From positions 12,142,341 through 12,206,340 of the forward strand of contig CM082585.2 of assembly GCA_040954595.2 (NCBI GenBank): a stretch of 64,000 nt of DNA, given 5' to 3'. The stretch's first letter is position 1, and each line of letters starts with the position of its first letter. The stretch comes from Balanoglossus misakiensis (taxonomy: Eukaryota > Animalia > Hemichordata). A program made the position numbers and the translations under genes. A model generated the notes under the pieces. It was not told the DNA's origin and searched no databases. It worked only from the letters and a program-made list of their open reading frames with translations. Below, one piece after another: positions 1 through 26,049 of this stretch.

Positions 1-2321
1 GATGAATTTCATGAAATTGTCGTGACATTTGTGAAAATTGCTTGTTTTTCCATATTAGTAATTATATTTTTTACGAAGGTTATCATATAGAGCATGTAAT
101 GACATTTGAAAATGGCATTACGTTGTTTATGGGTTGTATACAACATCCATTGACATCATTGGCGCTTGAAATTCAGGTCGACCATGTTCCCTTCATCTGT
201 AATTATATTAGGATTTCACTTGGCTATTATTAGCTGCGGACATACATGCACTGAATGAGATCCAGAGTAGGAAGAAGGCAATAAAATGGAGCTTGCAAAA
301 GATTCAATTTAAAGGGGGAAATGATGTAGTGCAGGGATAGGAAAATTATGAAGATCTTTTGAGGAGTGAAATGAAAAGGAATGTGAAGTAACTGAAGGGG
401 CGGAAGAAGAGATTTGATTCAGTTTCTCTGTCGTTGATTTCCGCGCTTTCATCACTTCTTATACATTACTCTGTTCTAAACGTTGTATTCCCATCTGATT
501 TCTCAAGAAGTAAGCATTCTCTCATTGCATTCGACACGCGAAGGATAGCAGCGGTTCTATTGAAACGTTCAGATTCCGTACTGGTTCTCTGTTATTTGAC
601 TTTCTTGGCACAAAAGTTAACCTTCAAACAATGAACTTGTTGCCAAATGCTCAATATTCGGAACCTGTACACTTTTAAACGTCTAGATATTCCCAGTATT
701 CCCGATTTCATCCTTAAAGTTTATTTAAACCATAAAACGTACCATCAAACAACAGAAAAAAACTACTATAGATATCGATTATCTGAAAATAAATTTGATG
801 ACAATTCCTTGTACATTTTGCGTCCAGTGGGGAACGACTATGTAATTTGTGAGCTGTGACTCACTGTGCCTTTGAGCTCACTTTTGCCATAAGGCACTTT
901 CAAATGAAAATCAAGTACCAGCTAAGATATATCGCCACCCCCCCCCCCCACAAAACAATGTACTCGTCTGTGTTTAGAGAAAATACACAACTAAGCTCCT
1001 TAAGAGTCTTTCTAATGACTGTAGTTAAGACAGTAAGTCTTCTAAATGACTAAAATGCAAAGCATCTAATCTCCTTACTTGTGTCTGAAGCTTTATCCTA
1101 CCTTAATGTCCTCAAAAGACCTATAAAGCGCATTTTGTCGAAATGTAAGATATACAGTAGGTTTCATTATACAGCAGACAGATGTTTAGGAGGAATTATT
1201 CTATTAATACGTTTCGGTAGTAAATGTCAAATCTTGCCCTGTTTTTTTAAAAGTGGCGACAGAATGTCATGTACATTTGTGAGGCAAACTTAAAGTCTAC
1301 GAAATTGTTTAGATTAAGCAGAGACTCTGGAGGAAAAGTGGCACATATTGACATGAAACCCTTACGTTTCTTTTCTTTCAAATGAGACTTGTCAATACAG
1401 ATTCACGATGCAGTTTGCACATTAATTTGTTAATAGCATATTGGTGAGCGTGACAGATGGAGAGTGTCGGTTATACTCCTACATCAGATAGCAGAAGATG
1501 ACAAAGTTTGATAGAAACACTTAATGCTGATGGGAGGTACACACTACGAGTTTAGTGTTCTCAGGAAGCCGTTGGGAAATGTTTCTGTCTGCGCTCAAAA
1601 TATCAGCTATGGTGGAGAATGCAACAGCGAATAAGTTTTCTTAGAGTGAACGAGGAAGTCAACCGAAGCAAAGACTGGGCATGACAGCAACTGACGATCC
1701 TAGTAGGTCGTGGCGACTGCAGTGGGGTTCGTGCTGGTATGGGAGGGCATATTCTCATCAAGGGGAAGACCCAAGCAACGCGACGACCCCTTCCCTTTAA
1801 CTAAATGCATCTCATAGCGAATTGGCTCGTCAAGCGTACAGAACGGTCTCATTTCGCTTTATCTCCTTCGATGTTGCAAAGTAAGTCACGCGATAGTTAA
1901 CTTGTCACACGAAACCCACATCAATATTCAACGTTATCGAATGGCCTTTATACCAATTCCTACTTCATCATAATATCACGAACTTCTCTGATGTCAATTT
2001 ATTCTCATCACATAAATCAAAGAGACAGTTCTGATAACCCGCGATATATCTCGACGATTTTCTGAAGCAAGTTATCACATCTGCCATACACACCTGACAA
2101 TTGAAACGTACCGGTATTATCCGGTTGAGAGAGTCAATTTTCGCTTTAGGTGTCTTCTGTTTGGTTTTATACTTTTTGCTATGCTTACTCTGTCGTGATG
2201 GTTACGGCGCGTACCCAAATGTATGGGTACTGGTTACTTTAAATGCTGACACCAAATCAATTGGTTGGTTCTTTACGGAAAAGATAGCATAAAGTAATAA
2301 AGTAAGTATACAAAACTCTAC

Positions 2322-4870
2322 CTTTTTCTTTGAAGACAAGAAAGATTTGTCTCTCTGACGGTCAGCGTTGCCAGGTATGTGTCGTCCCCATAGTTGCCGA
2401 CCAACTCTGACGTAGCAGAACAGAAGAACTATCAAGGGAATGAAATACGTCACCAAAACCATGAATACTTCATAGAATATGGCTGCCGAGTCATAGGGCC
2501 ACCACTCTGTGCACAGATAAAACATCTTTTCGCCGTAGTATGTCTTCCTCGCCCGTGCGAAGACGGTCTGCACGATAGCCAGGAAGATGGCGACCAACCA
2601 GATGACGATAAAGAGCACTTTGGCACGGTTTTTGGTCACTCGCACTTTCAGCGGGTACAGGACGGCGAAGTATCGGTCGATGCCAATAGCTATTAGAGTG
2701 TAGACACTCACCATCACCGATACCTGGTGTGGAAAAAAAGAAAGAAACGGTAAAAGTTAAAGAGAGAACAAACCCCATTTGCTTACTCTATGTAAACTGA
2801 GTTTGTCGTTGCACTTTATGTGTTTATACTAGAATTAAGCGTCATCGATCTGAATCGACAAGATTTGTTCCTTGTGATGTCTTTTGCTTGGCGAAGCAAA
2901 TATTCGAATGGTTAAGAAGAACGGATACACGTATTTATTCTCCCAGGCGTCACAAATATATTGATTTCCTTCCACTTAAGGTAAATATCAACAGTTAAAC
3001 CCCGAAACATGATTGTTGGTTTAAGGGTGTACGTGCGACAAATGGCACTTCCGGCCTGGCAGCTGCAAAACGGAAGTTGTAGGTCTTGATGAATATCGAT
3101 GGTTTTGATGAACATAGTTATCGTTGAACTTTTACAAGTAAACCTGCAAATTGTCTCCAGAGACAAGAATAGAAACAAGCTCTTCCTAACAGAGTTTTGA
3201 ATTGTTGGACAACACCTCCATGTATGTGCATTTGATCAGTGACGCAATTAGGACATTTATCATGCTTAAATTTCACCATACGCAGCTTGTTCTTGTGGAT
3301 TGATGATGCATAGAGATTAACCGCTCATCTTTTTCACGGTTTGTTCTTAATGATCAATATAACCCTTGGGACAGAACTAAATGAACAGCGGCAATTAGTG
3401 GACCCTTATCAGCACAAAATAAATCAAAAAAAGAGCTCTGGAGTTTCACGGCGGCTCACAACTATTCCGTTCACACGATTTTGAAATTTCTGTTGAATTG
3501 TTTTCCGATGGGGGATATAGGCCTATTTCATAGAGATGGGCTGCCATTTGCGTCGGTGACTGGGAATACCATTTTTTTCAAATCCTCCAAGAAACATAAA
3601 GAACCGGATAGTTTATCCTCATGTCGATTGGCGAAAGACTAAGTAAGTTTTGTGTGTTAATAATAAATGCCATTTGGATCGATTTGGTCTATAAACTTTG
3701 AACGTTAACCTCATTTGAGTTTCGGGTGATTGCCTCTAAAATAAAATGATGGAAAATAATGTAGTCTATGTTTGAGGTCATCAAGGTTACTTCGTAATTA
3801 TTGTTGTAACGTGGAACGAAAATGAAAACACATCTGATTTAAAAAAACTGTGACTTCGTTGCAGTAACCGTGTTTTTTTTCCTTTCCTTCGTTGCAGACG
3901 CAAAATCACGGAGACGCGTTGACGACTAAAATTTAAACTTTGTATTCCAACTAAGGCAATTCCCCTGGTTAATCTGTCTAAACCACTATCGACATGCACC
4001 AACACAATGAGCGGATAGGACGTGAAAAAATAACACGATCAAATCAGTTGTTTAACTTTGGCTAGCCACAATGTCGCCGTACAATCCTACAAAATCTCAG
4101 TTTCATTTACAAATCAAAGGCATTATGTAAAGACATCGATCGTTTCACTTTCCATCATTAGCCGCTCCACTGTACTGTGCTAACAAAATTAAGTTCTTGT
4201 TTTTACAAGGCTAGCCATCTACTGTTCAATTGCCTTTGTTTGGATTTGTCTGATTCAAGCTTGGGTGATTCTACCACGTGGTGGTTACACTTCTCCACCA
4301 AATATGTTATGTAAGAGACGCCATCAATAATCTTCCCAATAAAACACAGCCATTCGAAATATATTGCGTGTGGAATGAACGGACATTTGTGTAACATGCA
4401 GTAAGTTATCGTCACCATGGTTTCATGTGTTAGTTCGAAGAGAACATGATACATACCTGTTGTAAGAAGATGACAGCCGGGCACATAGCTGTACTGAATA
4501 TCCAATAACCGTACATGATGGTGCTGAACGTGAACGGCATACAGAAGATAGCCATGGTTAGATCTGCCAATGCCAGGTTAATGAGAAATAGATTCAGTTC
4601 TGACTGTGAACGCCGATTGAACAACAGAACTATGAGGACGATGGTGTTGCCGATCGTTGAGAGAGCTATGTTGACACTGAAGGCAGATATGAGGGCAATT
4701 CTCCAGTTTAGTGGTAATGACAATTGCTGAAAGATATCCGTTGATTGGTTGGTGTCCGGTATGTGATCGGAAACATCTGCCTGAAGTAGTTTTTGGTTTC
4801 TCATGTACGCCCTGATCTGAGCTTCGATCTGCGCCAGTTCTTCCCAGGTGAAATTGAAGACGTCCTCCAT
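2322..4870 (-). CDS. Class A (rhodopsin-like) neuropeptide-type GPCR, TM1-TM5 plus ICL3; partial (TM6/TM7 exon not found in window)
   Basis: Exons 4870-4457 and 2723-2322 join in phase 0 with GT-AG sites. Motifs: GN (TM1), NLALAD (TM2), CMPFTF, C-P at the top of TM3, DRY, IW (TM4), CxExW (ECL2), YFIP (TM5), LWGRHIPGNAD..RD..SKKK (ICL3). Belongs to the tachykinin/leucokinin/RYamide-like receptor group by motif; no ligand assigned. Confidence 0.88.
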
Positions 4871-7867
4871 TGTGCACGCTTGCTTGCCGGATTAATGAAG
4901 ACGACGAGATGTGCTCGGCGTTGAGTGGGAAACGTCTCAGGATGTATTCAGAAGTCTATACCTGTAGCGTCGGGTTTTCTCAGCGCTTGTTATTCAACGT
5001 TGTCTACATGTACATGCACAGCGCCGTGTAGAGAAAGCGTTGAGGACACAAGTCGCCAGGACTGGTTCACTGAACACCTGTGCAAACGTCTGCAAACAAA
5101 TGAACCACAAGCGTCATGTATGATTCAAAAGAAGAAAGAAATGCCCTCCCCCGTGAGTCGTTTCGGTTTCCGCTGATCTCTAATCTGTGCGTGAGCGGAC
5201 GGCTCTGGGATACTAGTATCTCCACCAGGTAGAATCGTAAATGTAATTTACAAATCACGTGACGTTGTGACGAGCTGTCGATGCCCGTTGCAGTCCTTTC
5301 CAGAATCCTACTTGCAAATGCATGGCTTGCAAAGAAGGTGACGTTTCAGGATGGTTTCCAAGGTGACACAAGGTGTTCATTGAGGGAAACCCAAATCTAA
5401 CGTGATTTTAAAACGGAAGTCGTTGAAACAAAATTCCTTCTCGCACACAGGACTCTTTGATGATCCATTCGAAGTATCAATTTCTACATCTTTGGCAATA
5501 ACGCCGTGGTTTCCTTCTAGTTAAGATTCGCGCAATGACACGTCTTGGTATCATAGGCCTAATGATTCTCCTAATAACCCTGTCTGCAAGTTTTCCTGCA
5601 GTCATTTTATACTAAAACGATTCAACAGATAATAAAAACCGAAAAGCAGATAACGACAATCCGAGAAAGAGCAAATAGATTTTAGTGTGTTTATTCAACC
5701 GATGTCCTTGTTGCCATGGTGCTAGGAGTGACAAAAAGCAATGTATCGTCTTGATGGTGCAGTAAATTTCACAGCTTCGACATTTGCCATGATGGGTTCG
5801 CACTAGCGCTGAGCTCTTGATGAAAGATTTTAATGACCTCTTCTGCAAAAGTGTTTTGTTACCATTCGTTAATGCATTAACAAAAATGTATTTGTCGTCA
5901 TGCAGTGGTTCCTTGACAACCATCAGAAAAAGGTGGTGGCATATGCACTTTGAAGAGTGTCGACGAGCGACATTAAGAACTGACGTAAATTTGTAAAATG
6001 CTGTCGTTCTGCAAAAAAATAGATCCCTAGTTTGATAAGTGGGATGTAATGAGGCTATGACTGTAAAACTCCAAAGGCATGTAAGATAATATCTTTCCAT
6101 ATATAGTATTTTGCTGCAGGGTTTTAGTATTGGGTCTGCAAGATGCACTATCGTTGAATGTTTTCAAAGAATACAGCATTCGATTCTTTAAACGACAGGG
6201 ATAAACATGGGAATTCGACATTCTGTTTGGTTGTAGGCTGCCCTTCAAGACGACAAGGATCTCTTTCTTTAGAGACGAGCACGTTTCCTGTGTATTCTCG
6301 TCGGTCAAAACATCTTTTGATATAATCTACAATAGGCACATGCGTGAGCGTGATAATACACTGAAGATATTCTCTAACTTATGGGGTTTGTCGGGTTATG
6401 TTCTGTGGCATGTCAAACAAACAAACATATATCTTAGAAATGCATTACAGTTGTTGATCAGGAGTTTTGTTCAGTTGTAAGACTACACAGCTAGCGGGGA
6501 CATGGACCGCCCGTCTCACATGAAGCAATATGTAAAGTATGCAAAAACAGTCCATTATGGATTCTGCTGGATAAAAATTCCGCCCTGGAAACCTAACACA
6601 CAACTTTCATGATCTTTTGATGTCTTTTTGCTTCATACTAAACTCCAGCTGTATGGGATTGTGCATTAATTTTACTAAGTGCTTCTACAAATTGTTGGAG
6701 CAATTGAAATCAACCAGGGATGACGCAACAGTACGCAATTCAATTTCCACACGGCAATTTGGAGTATATTAAACACCAGTGTTGTGCGTTACACTAACTA
6801 CATGCAAAACTGAGTCACAAAGCTTTCCAATAGTTCTTCAAAATTCAATTACACCAATGATGAACTTTTAATATCTAGTTCTGCTATCCTATTTAGGTAG
6901 GAGCACTACAAAAATGAGCTCGTTGTCTTCATATTTGTGCTTTTTTTTGATTATTCAGTCGTTCTGATATCATCAATGCCTTTATTTTAGACTTACATAA
7001 TATTTTAAACTTTTTTATTCCCTCATTGTGCATAATTACCAAGGAATTTTTCACCAAAACGGTGGCATTAATAAACACCCTTTTATTTTTCTTCTTACAC
7101 TACAAACTACAAAAGTAAGTTCCACTTAAAATGTTCAATTTAATTCTATAGGTAGGTAGCACAAATACAAGGGTACGTCAAAATGGTGATAAACGCACAT
7201 TACTAAGCTATAGAATAGTGTGTTTGTAGTGGAAATGTAATATTGCTTTATATGAAGCTGATAATGTTTAAAATTGCTTGTTCTACATTGTGCAACTATC
7301 GCTTAAATTAGTTCAGTGCAAATACACAGACTGTATATTTTAAAAAACGCTAATAATACATTCCTCAGCTTTCAACAATAATTATCGATCTCCAATACTT
7401 TCACATTCAGTTTGCCGCGTGCTGGTATGAATTACTTAAACGTAGATGAATGAAAACACTACCTACTCAGTTATTCAAGTTTTAAGTTACACATCAAACG
7501 GATAAAAATAGGAATAAAAATGTAAGTCAGCCACAAAAGTAGTTTCTGTCTGTCAGTAATTAAATATTGGGAATCATCAAAGCCATCTGTCAGGATCATC
7601 GCGTTTAAACGAGAAAATGGAGGTCATTTACTGCAACAGGTAATGATGTCTGCGTTTTATCGCTTTTTTGAAAAGGCAAGGATGAACGACATTACGTTGG
7701 CTGACATGATGCAGTAAAACCAATATTACCGATAATTTATTAAGCTAATAAATAGCGAGTGTCCTTACCGAAAGGACATGATATCAACTATAATGTGAAA
7801 GTACGTATACAGGTATTTATCACTCCAAAAGCGTTGCCTCCAATCGGTTCGCAGAAATATTATGTCA

Positions 7868-19735
<11,868 letters not shown>

Positions 19736-22700
19736 TCTGATTTATGACTGAGTGGAGTAAACACAGGATTAGGTCACTTTGAATAGACCCCTTAGGATGT
19801 GGTCAAAACTATAGAGAAGGGGTGTCACACAGTTTCAGTTGATACTTCAAAAATCTGCTATAAAGGTCAGACAGGAGAGGGGTTAAGATTTATTGCATCC
19901 TCTGGAGAGATCTCCATTTGCAGAGAGACGACAGTATACCAGACCAAAATAAAGATAGAAACAAGTGATACAAGGAGACTATATTCTTCAAACCACACGC
20001 AGGAAAACCACGAAAACTGTACTTCTAAATGTAAGGAAATTTAAGCAAATGGTGGCAGATTGTTGACTGCTCCGAATGAAACGCCCGAAAGCAAATTTCA
20101 TGGCTCAGCAGTGACCGCTTGTATCAGGAAGATAGATGTAACGATAGTGTTAGAAACAGATTATGCTGGAAATCTCAAAAGATAAAGAGCATGTAGTATG
20201 TAAAAGGGAAAGCCAGCGAGTTAAAAATGTATTCATGAAAGGGTATTTGTAAAATGCCATTTATATTCACTCACCGTTATCCAGTCGCCCCAGAATCAGT
20301 TCAGGGTACGCGACACAGATACAGACTTCACTTATCCCTCGAAGAAGCAGTCATTCTGATGAAAAAAGGACAGGAAAGTCTATATCTGAGCTTTCACCGA
20401 ATATTTCTAGATTCTACTGAGAACAAGAACTCTTAAATGAACTGTGGATGCTCACCTATGTAACATTTACAAGCGAGGGCCCTGCAAAGATGTTGAACTC
20501 GACAGATGTTGCACTTGGTTGTAGGGACGTTGGCGAGCTATCTGAGGTGAAGCAGTCCAGGGTGTCGTTTGCCTGACGATTTATTGCCCTTTTCCCTGAC
20601 GCATAACATTTCCTCCGGGATATCCAAGTCCGCACGCCTGGATGCTGATTAAGCGGGAATTGATTTATTATTATTACATCGGAGAGCGCCATCGTACGTA
20701 GGCATCAAAAACATGTAATTTTCGTCTACAGCGTTGGGGGCGTTCCTCATTTTTGTCGAATTTGTAAACTTTCGGGTTATACCACTCCAGCTGTCCTTAA
20801 AAGCATATACTAGTATTGCCACGATCAGTAGTAGGGGATTTACCGTCTATGGTTTTACAGATATACTTGTTATTCGCTGATAAAACTTGAGATAAAAGAT
20901 CAAACCAACAACAGACCGGTCACCTTGACACTAGATTTTTGTATTCTACGACCAAGTCGTGGATATTCCACATGGTCTATGGTCAGACAGTCAAACGTGT
21001 CGACTCTCTTGAGCGAAGTCTGAACCTTAATGGCCTTGCAAGTACGTGACGTACAAAGTTTTTAAACTAAAAGTTCGAAGACCGAAATAAAGTGGGCGGT
21101 TTTTCAAACAGGCGATCGATTGGACTCATCACAACAACTACCGATGGAAATTTAAAGTCATTTTAAAGGTCGAGCGGAGAAACATTAATATTTAAACCAA
21201 ATCTGATAACTGCAACATACGTGAATACAGGACAGTCAACTTTATCATCTATATGATATCTGGGTAATTCTTCTCTGGTAGTTATCTCCCCTCTTCCTGA
21301 GTAGCAGACCGTGTGTTCAGAAGACATACAAAATTGAAGTTTGGTTTGCGATGCGTCCAACTTATCGCAAACCTTGACTGATCACCGGACGCAATCGTCT
21401 TCATGTTTTCCTAGCCAGTTCTCCGGGACTCGATATAAATGGATCTCAGAATTGGATAATTGCGCTCGACTCGCGAAGATTATCCAGACACTACAGGTAA
21501 GAGAGGATGCCCGAATCATTGTGTGCTAGCAAGTGGCACCGCAAGGCAGATGAGAGTAACCTATCGCTCTTCATCAGGTGTCAAATATTGCTAGGACAAA
21601 TTACTGCATAATAAATGGCTTGAGCAGGTAAATGAATTATGGATATTATAATACACATTGTCCAGTGGTCCAATAATTTTCATTGGATTTTTATTGGGGA
21701 TCCTAAACCTGTTGAAACTTATGACTTGGTAACGGTATTGACTGCCAAATCATACAACTAACATTTTGAGGAAAAGGAATTGTCGTTTCGCTCTCTTTCA
21801 CGAAGGCAAACGTGGGACAGGAATGACAAATTCATTTAAAGGTTTAACCACTCGACTACCCACAATTGGCCATACTACACATATAATTTCACGTATACTG
21901 TAACCATTCAATAAGTTGTGAATATGGCAACCAGTTAGGGCCTTTGACCCTTGTATCTATCTGAGCGCATCATATATTTATAATCATCTCAAAACTAGGT
22001 CAGTAGCAAAATGGCTCAATCAATTCTGGCTTTAGAATGGGATAACCAGTCTGACACGTCAAATTATTTTTTTAAATGAGCCATGTCGTGTGTGTTTTTT
22101 TCTTGTCTACTGAATCCAATCCAGACGAGTTCGCCGCGAGGTGCTAGAATGGTCGGTGAACTATAACCTACTCTTACAAAGTCCGATGGTGGATGAATAT
22201 CCATGTTTAACCCATGACCAGATAACAAACTAATTAATTCTGATAAGCGTCTGGGGCTGCCGAATTCTGCGTGGTCAGTCTGTACGAGCATTTCATTCAC
22301 AGGTGGCGTTTGGTTTTCAGTTGACGTCATCTCTCATTTCCTATTGAAACTGGAAATCAATAATGTCGTCAGGTCACATTTGCATGCCTCAGAAGTTGTC
22401 CATGACAACTGGTAATTTTGCAATCGTGGAGTTTCCGTTCACACTGAGTGCAGAACTGCCTGCGATATGACTCCTACAAACAAAATACTATGAATGTGGC
22501 TGCAAAACCTTTTCCTTCTCGTCATTATCTACTGATAGTGACGGGTTTCGATCCAAACGAAACCCAAGTGACGCCGCCTTCAACGGCCAGAATCAGTGTG
22601 GTACGGGAATGTTTAGATGGTGAGAGTACACCTGGTCTGCCATACACCCGACGTTGCCAGATGTGCATGTGACACACGGCCATTCATTCATCGATTTTCT

Positions 22701-22848
22701 TGCCAGGGAGTTCACCGCCACTGATGTAGGCTAGAAAGTCTTTCTTCTGACGCATAGCGCTGTGGTTTTCTCGTCCAGGCCTGACAGCTCAAAACAGTCA
22801 AGGGGCGTGTCCCAAAGGTTTTCCAAACACCGGGAATAAGGCGAAAAC

Positions 22849-25800
22849 ATGACGTCATCAACAGACGAGAAGACAGCAGAAGAAGAGGAACCGCAGAGGT
22901 CAACATGTCGCGGCATTCTTGTGATTTTGGGTGGTGTTCTTATTCATATGACCATCGGTACAAATTCAAGTTACTCATTCGGTAAGTTGAAAAAATATAT
23001 GGCGTTTTCTCTTCTTCAAACGATCACTTCTTTTTGGTGACCTCTGTGTGTCTGTTGACAAGACTTCTATTCGCAAAACTGTTTGCATGTTAGATAAAAT
23101 GCAACAGAAACGGATATCGTCCCGCCAGAGCGCAACAAAAAGCATACAATTGACACCAAAAACATCCACAACGTCCACAAATAACAAGAAACTAATACGT
23201 AAAATAATCAACTCTACTTCAGGTATGCTTGGCCCCTATATTACGTCATATATTCGAGAACGAAGCACACCTGCCGACCTAACATCCGAGGTATGTATTC
23301 AAATTCCAAGATTTGCATAATTGGGCACAGTCGCTTCTGAACTTAAAATATATCCAGTTATAAGCTTCTAAAATTGAAAACACTTTGTAGCTAACTATTT
23401 TATGCTTTTTTACTTCAAGGATACCACGCTGATCTATTCCGTTGCGCACGCCGTTCAAGCTTTGATGATGTTTTGGGCGGGCTTTATGGAATGGGAGTTC
23501 GGAGCTAGAGTAGCATCACTGATGGGGGCGCTCATACTGACGTAAGTCCAGCCAATCAGGGATCTACAAACGATCAACATACAATAATGTGCACATACCT
23601 TATATCATAGAGTGACTTCACCTGTATACAAACATCGCTGAAAACACGCGGAACAGTTCCTTGGCATTTCACGCTCCGCATGATCCTGAAAGAAAATGAC
23701 ACAAAATGAATAAACTACATTTATCTCCTTTTGCTCTAGGACAGGAATGTTGTTGACGTTCTTGACGATTCAGTTTTCATTTCCATTGGTCGTCTTGACA
23801 TCGGGTTTGGTCTATGGCATCGGTCTTGGAATCGCTTACATACCACCTTGGTTGTGTGTCATACGGGTAAGCTTTATTGCCGAAGTATCACATATAGTCT
23901 CTGACACAAAAATCGTTTGCGTGCGTGAGTACTATGAAACTTGTCACTGATCAACTAGATAACAAAGAGGATAATTATGATCATTATATATTTAGAATAA
24001 ACAATTAACGACTCATATCAAATATTTTCCCTTAATATCAGTGGTTTCCAAGCAAGAAAGGTTTCGTTATCGGTCTGGTAGTGGCTGGATTTGCCCTCGG
24101 AGGTTTTGTCTTCGGTCTGATCGAGAAGTTCTTCATAAACCCATCAAACTTACCTCCGGACAAAGCTGATCCTGAAGATCCCACACAAATGTAAGGTAAA
24201 CTTGGTGACACGTGTTTTATGACGGAGTAGTATAATTGTGTTATCGTTCATTCCCTTTTCTCTTTAAATAACTTCCAAAGTTGATGACTATACAACTTAC
24301 GTGTTGCTCTTGTTTCCATGGCGACATCCAGGTACTATTCCCAGGACGAAATTCTGGATAGAGTGCCATATGTCTATCTACTAATGGCTGGTCTGTTTGC
24401 AATATGTCAAATAGCAGGAGCAGCTCTGATTCGAAATCCCCCTGGATACGAGGTAAAGAAAGACAGTGTGTTTTTATTTACAAATTTTTATTTACACTTT
24501 TTGATGCAGAGTCCTGTAGTTGCCAGTTCATCAAAACCATCTATGTTTAAGTGCTCTATCGTGCTATTGTTGTTACATTGTATTTGACTTGTGGACATGT
24601 GACACTTTTATATTGAGATTCCATACATTTGTACTGAACTTAGGCATCAATGTCTCTTATGGCGCATGTTTATTGCACAGAGGCCGGTGTTGTGGGGATC
24701 GTCAAAGAAAGAGAAAAAGCCAGATGAAAAAACGCCGCTCTTGGAAGAGAAAGAAGAGAGTTTGGAGCACAAGAGTTTAGATTTAGGTGCTGCCGCCGAG
24801 ATTGTGAGCGACGACGAGGAGGAAGACCCCAAGATGTCCGGAAAATCAGTTACTCCATGGAAAATGCTAGCGACCAGACCGTTTTGGACGCTGTGGGCTG
24901 TCTATGTTTTAATGACACAGACGCAGGTGATGGTTTCATCGCTGTATCAGGTAAAAGAACCACTTACTCGAATAATTATTTTGAGCGAGCATGATGCAAC
25001 ACGCAGATACATAATCTAACAGGTGGCAATGTTTCCCCTCTCTGCAGTCATATGGAAAAGAGTTTATTGACAGCTCCAGCTACATGCTAGCCTTGACGAT
25101 CTGTTCGTCGATTTTCAATGCACAAGGACGAATCGTTTGGGGTAAATTGGCCGATAAATTGTCGTTCAAGGTAGGAAGAACGTCTTATCTCATAGTGTTG
25201 TTAACATCACAATCGTCTCATAAGTTTGGAGGTATCGTGTTCTTCATAACGTTTCGTTTAAGTAACTTAACAGCCACATTTAACATGTATTTCAACCCTG
25301 CTCATGCAACATTTATCCAACTTAACTATCTCAGGTTTGTTCTGTTTTCTTTCATCTCTAGCAAGTGATGGCTGCCATGTGTTCGGTGAACGCAGTCTTC
25401 GTTTTGACCTTACCCCTAGCCCCAGCGGCCGGAAAAGTTATGTTCTTCATATGGCTCTGTATTGTCTTTTTCACGTTTACTGGTATATTTTCAGTTATTC
25501 CATCGGTCACGACGAGGTGAGTTGCTTATTTCTTGAGTTCTGTGTCAACTGGTACCATACAACAGTATGGTGGCGCTATGCAAGAGACGCCATGTTGTCT
25601 TTATACTGTCCACACACCTCTTTACGGCAACAATCTCCCTCTCAGATTATTTTGTACACCTTTGTTGTTTTGACAGAGTATTTGGTATGAAATACAGTGG
25701 TATGAACTACGGTCTGGTGTTCACAGGGACTGCGCTGTCCTCTATCTTGGGTGCTTACTTCGATGATGATATCGTCGATGGTATAGGTTGGGGTGGTATG

Positions 25801-26049
25801 TTCGTATACTGTGGACTGTGTTCATTTTTAGGTAAGCGCTCTTTGTCGAAATCAAATTTTATTCGAAATAATACGGATAAAAGGACGACATAAACCTTTC
25901 AGCAATTAATAGTTGACTGTTTGCCGAGTTAATAAATAAAAAATGTCAACATCAATAACATTGTTTTAAAGTGTCACCGTCTCTCTCTTTCAGCGATGCT
26001 GGTGGCGTTGACGTTCAACGTGAAAACGCCTTCTGGGGACGATATTTAG
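22849..26049 (+). CDS. Major facilitator superfamily transporter, oxalate:formate antiporter (OxlT)-like / monocarboxylate-carrier-like
   Basis: 11 exons in frame: 22849-22981, 23223-23290, 23420-23541, 23740-23866, 24042-24190, 24332-24452, 24681-24950, 25048-25170, 25362-25516, 25677-25831, 25994-26049 (TAG). Motifs: GGVLIHMTIG..SFG.LGPYITSY, YGIGLGIAY, WFPSKKG..G..AGF, INPSN, GRIVWGKLADK, FG.KY.G.NYG.VF. About 12 hydrophobic segments. Confidence 0.85.

Noticed and set aside
1780-1800. CGACGACCCCTTCCCTTTAA, resembling a TTAA-type transposon end
   Set aside because: No matching second terminus was found.
1-2321. Searched for GPCR TM6/TM7 exons (CWxP, NPxxY)
   Set aside because: None visible; they probably lie left of the window, so I did not call a pseudogene.
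5612-6339. 178-aa and overlapping minus-strand ORFs between ABCC5 and the GPCR
   Set aside because: No recognisable domain, no convincing splice structure, and non-ATG starts; probably chance ORFs.
21410-21500. Exon-like segment (AG...CAG|GTAAG) between ABCC5 and the MFS gene
   Set aside because: No partner exons or recognisable peptide; it could be a UTR exon but cannot be supported.
22064-22330. 88-aa ATG-initiated minus-strand ORF
   Set aside because: No homology recognised, and the length is compatible with chance.
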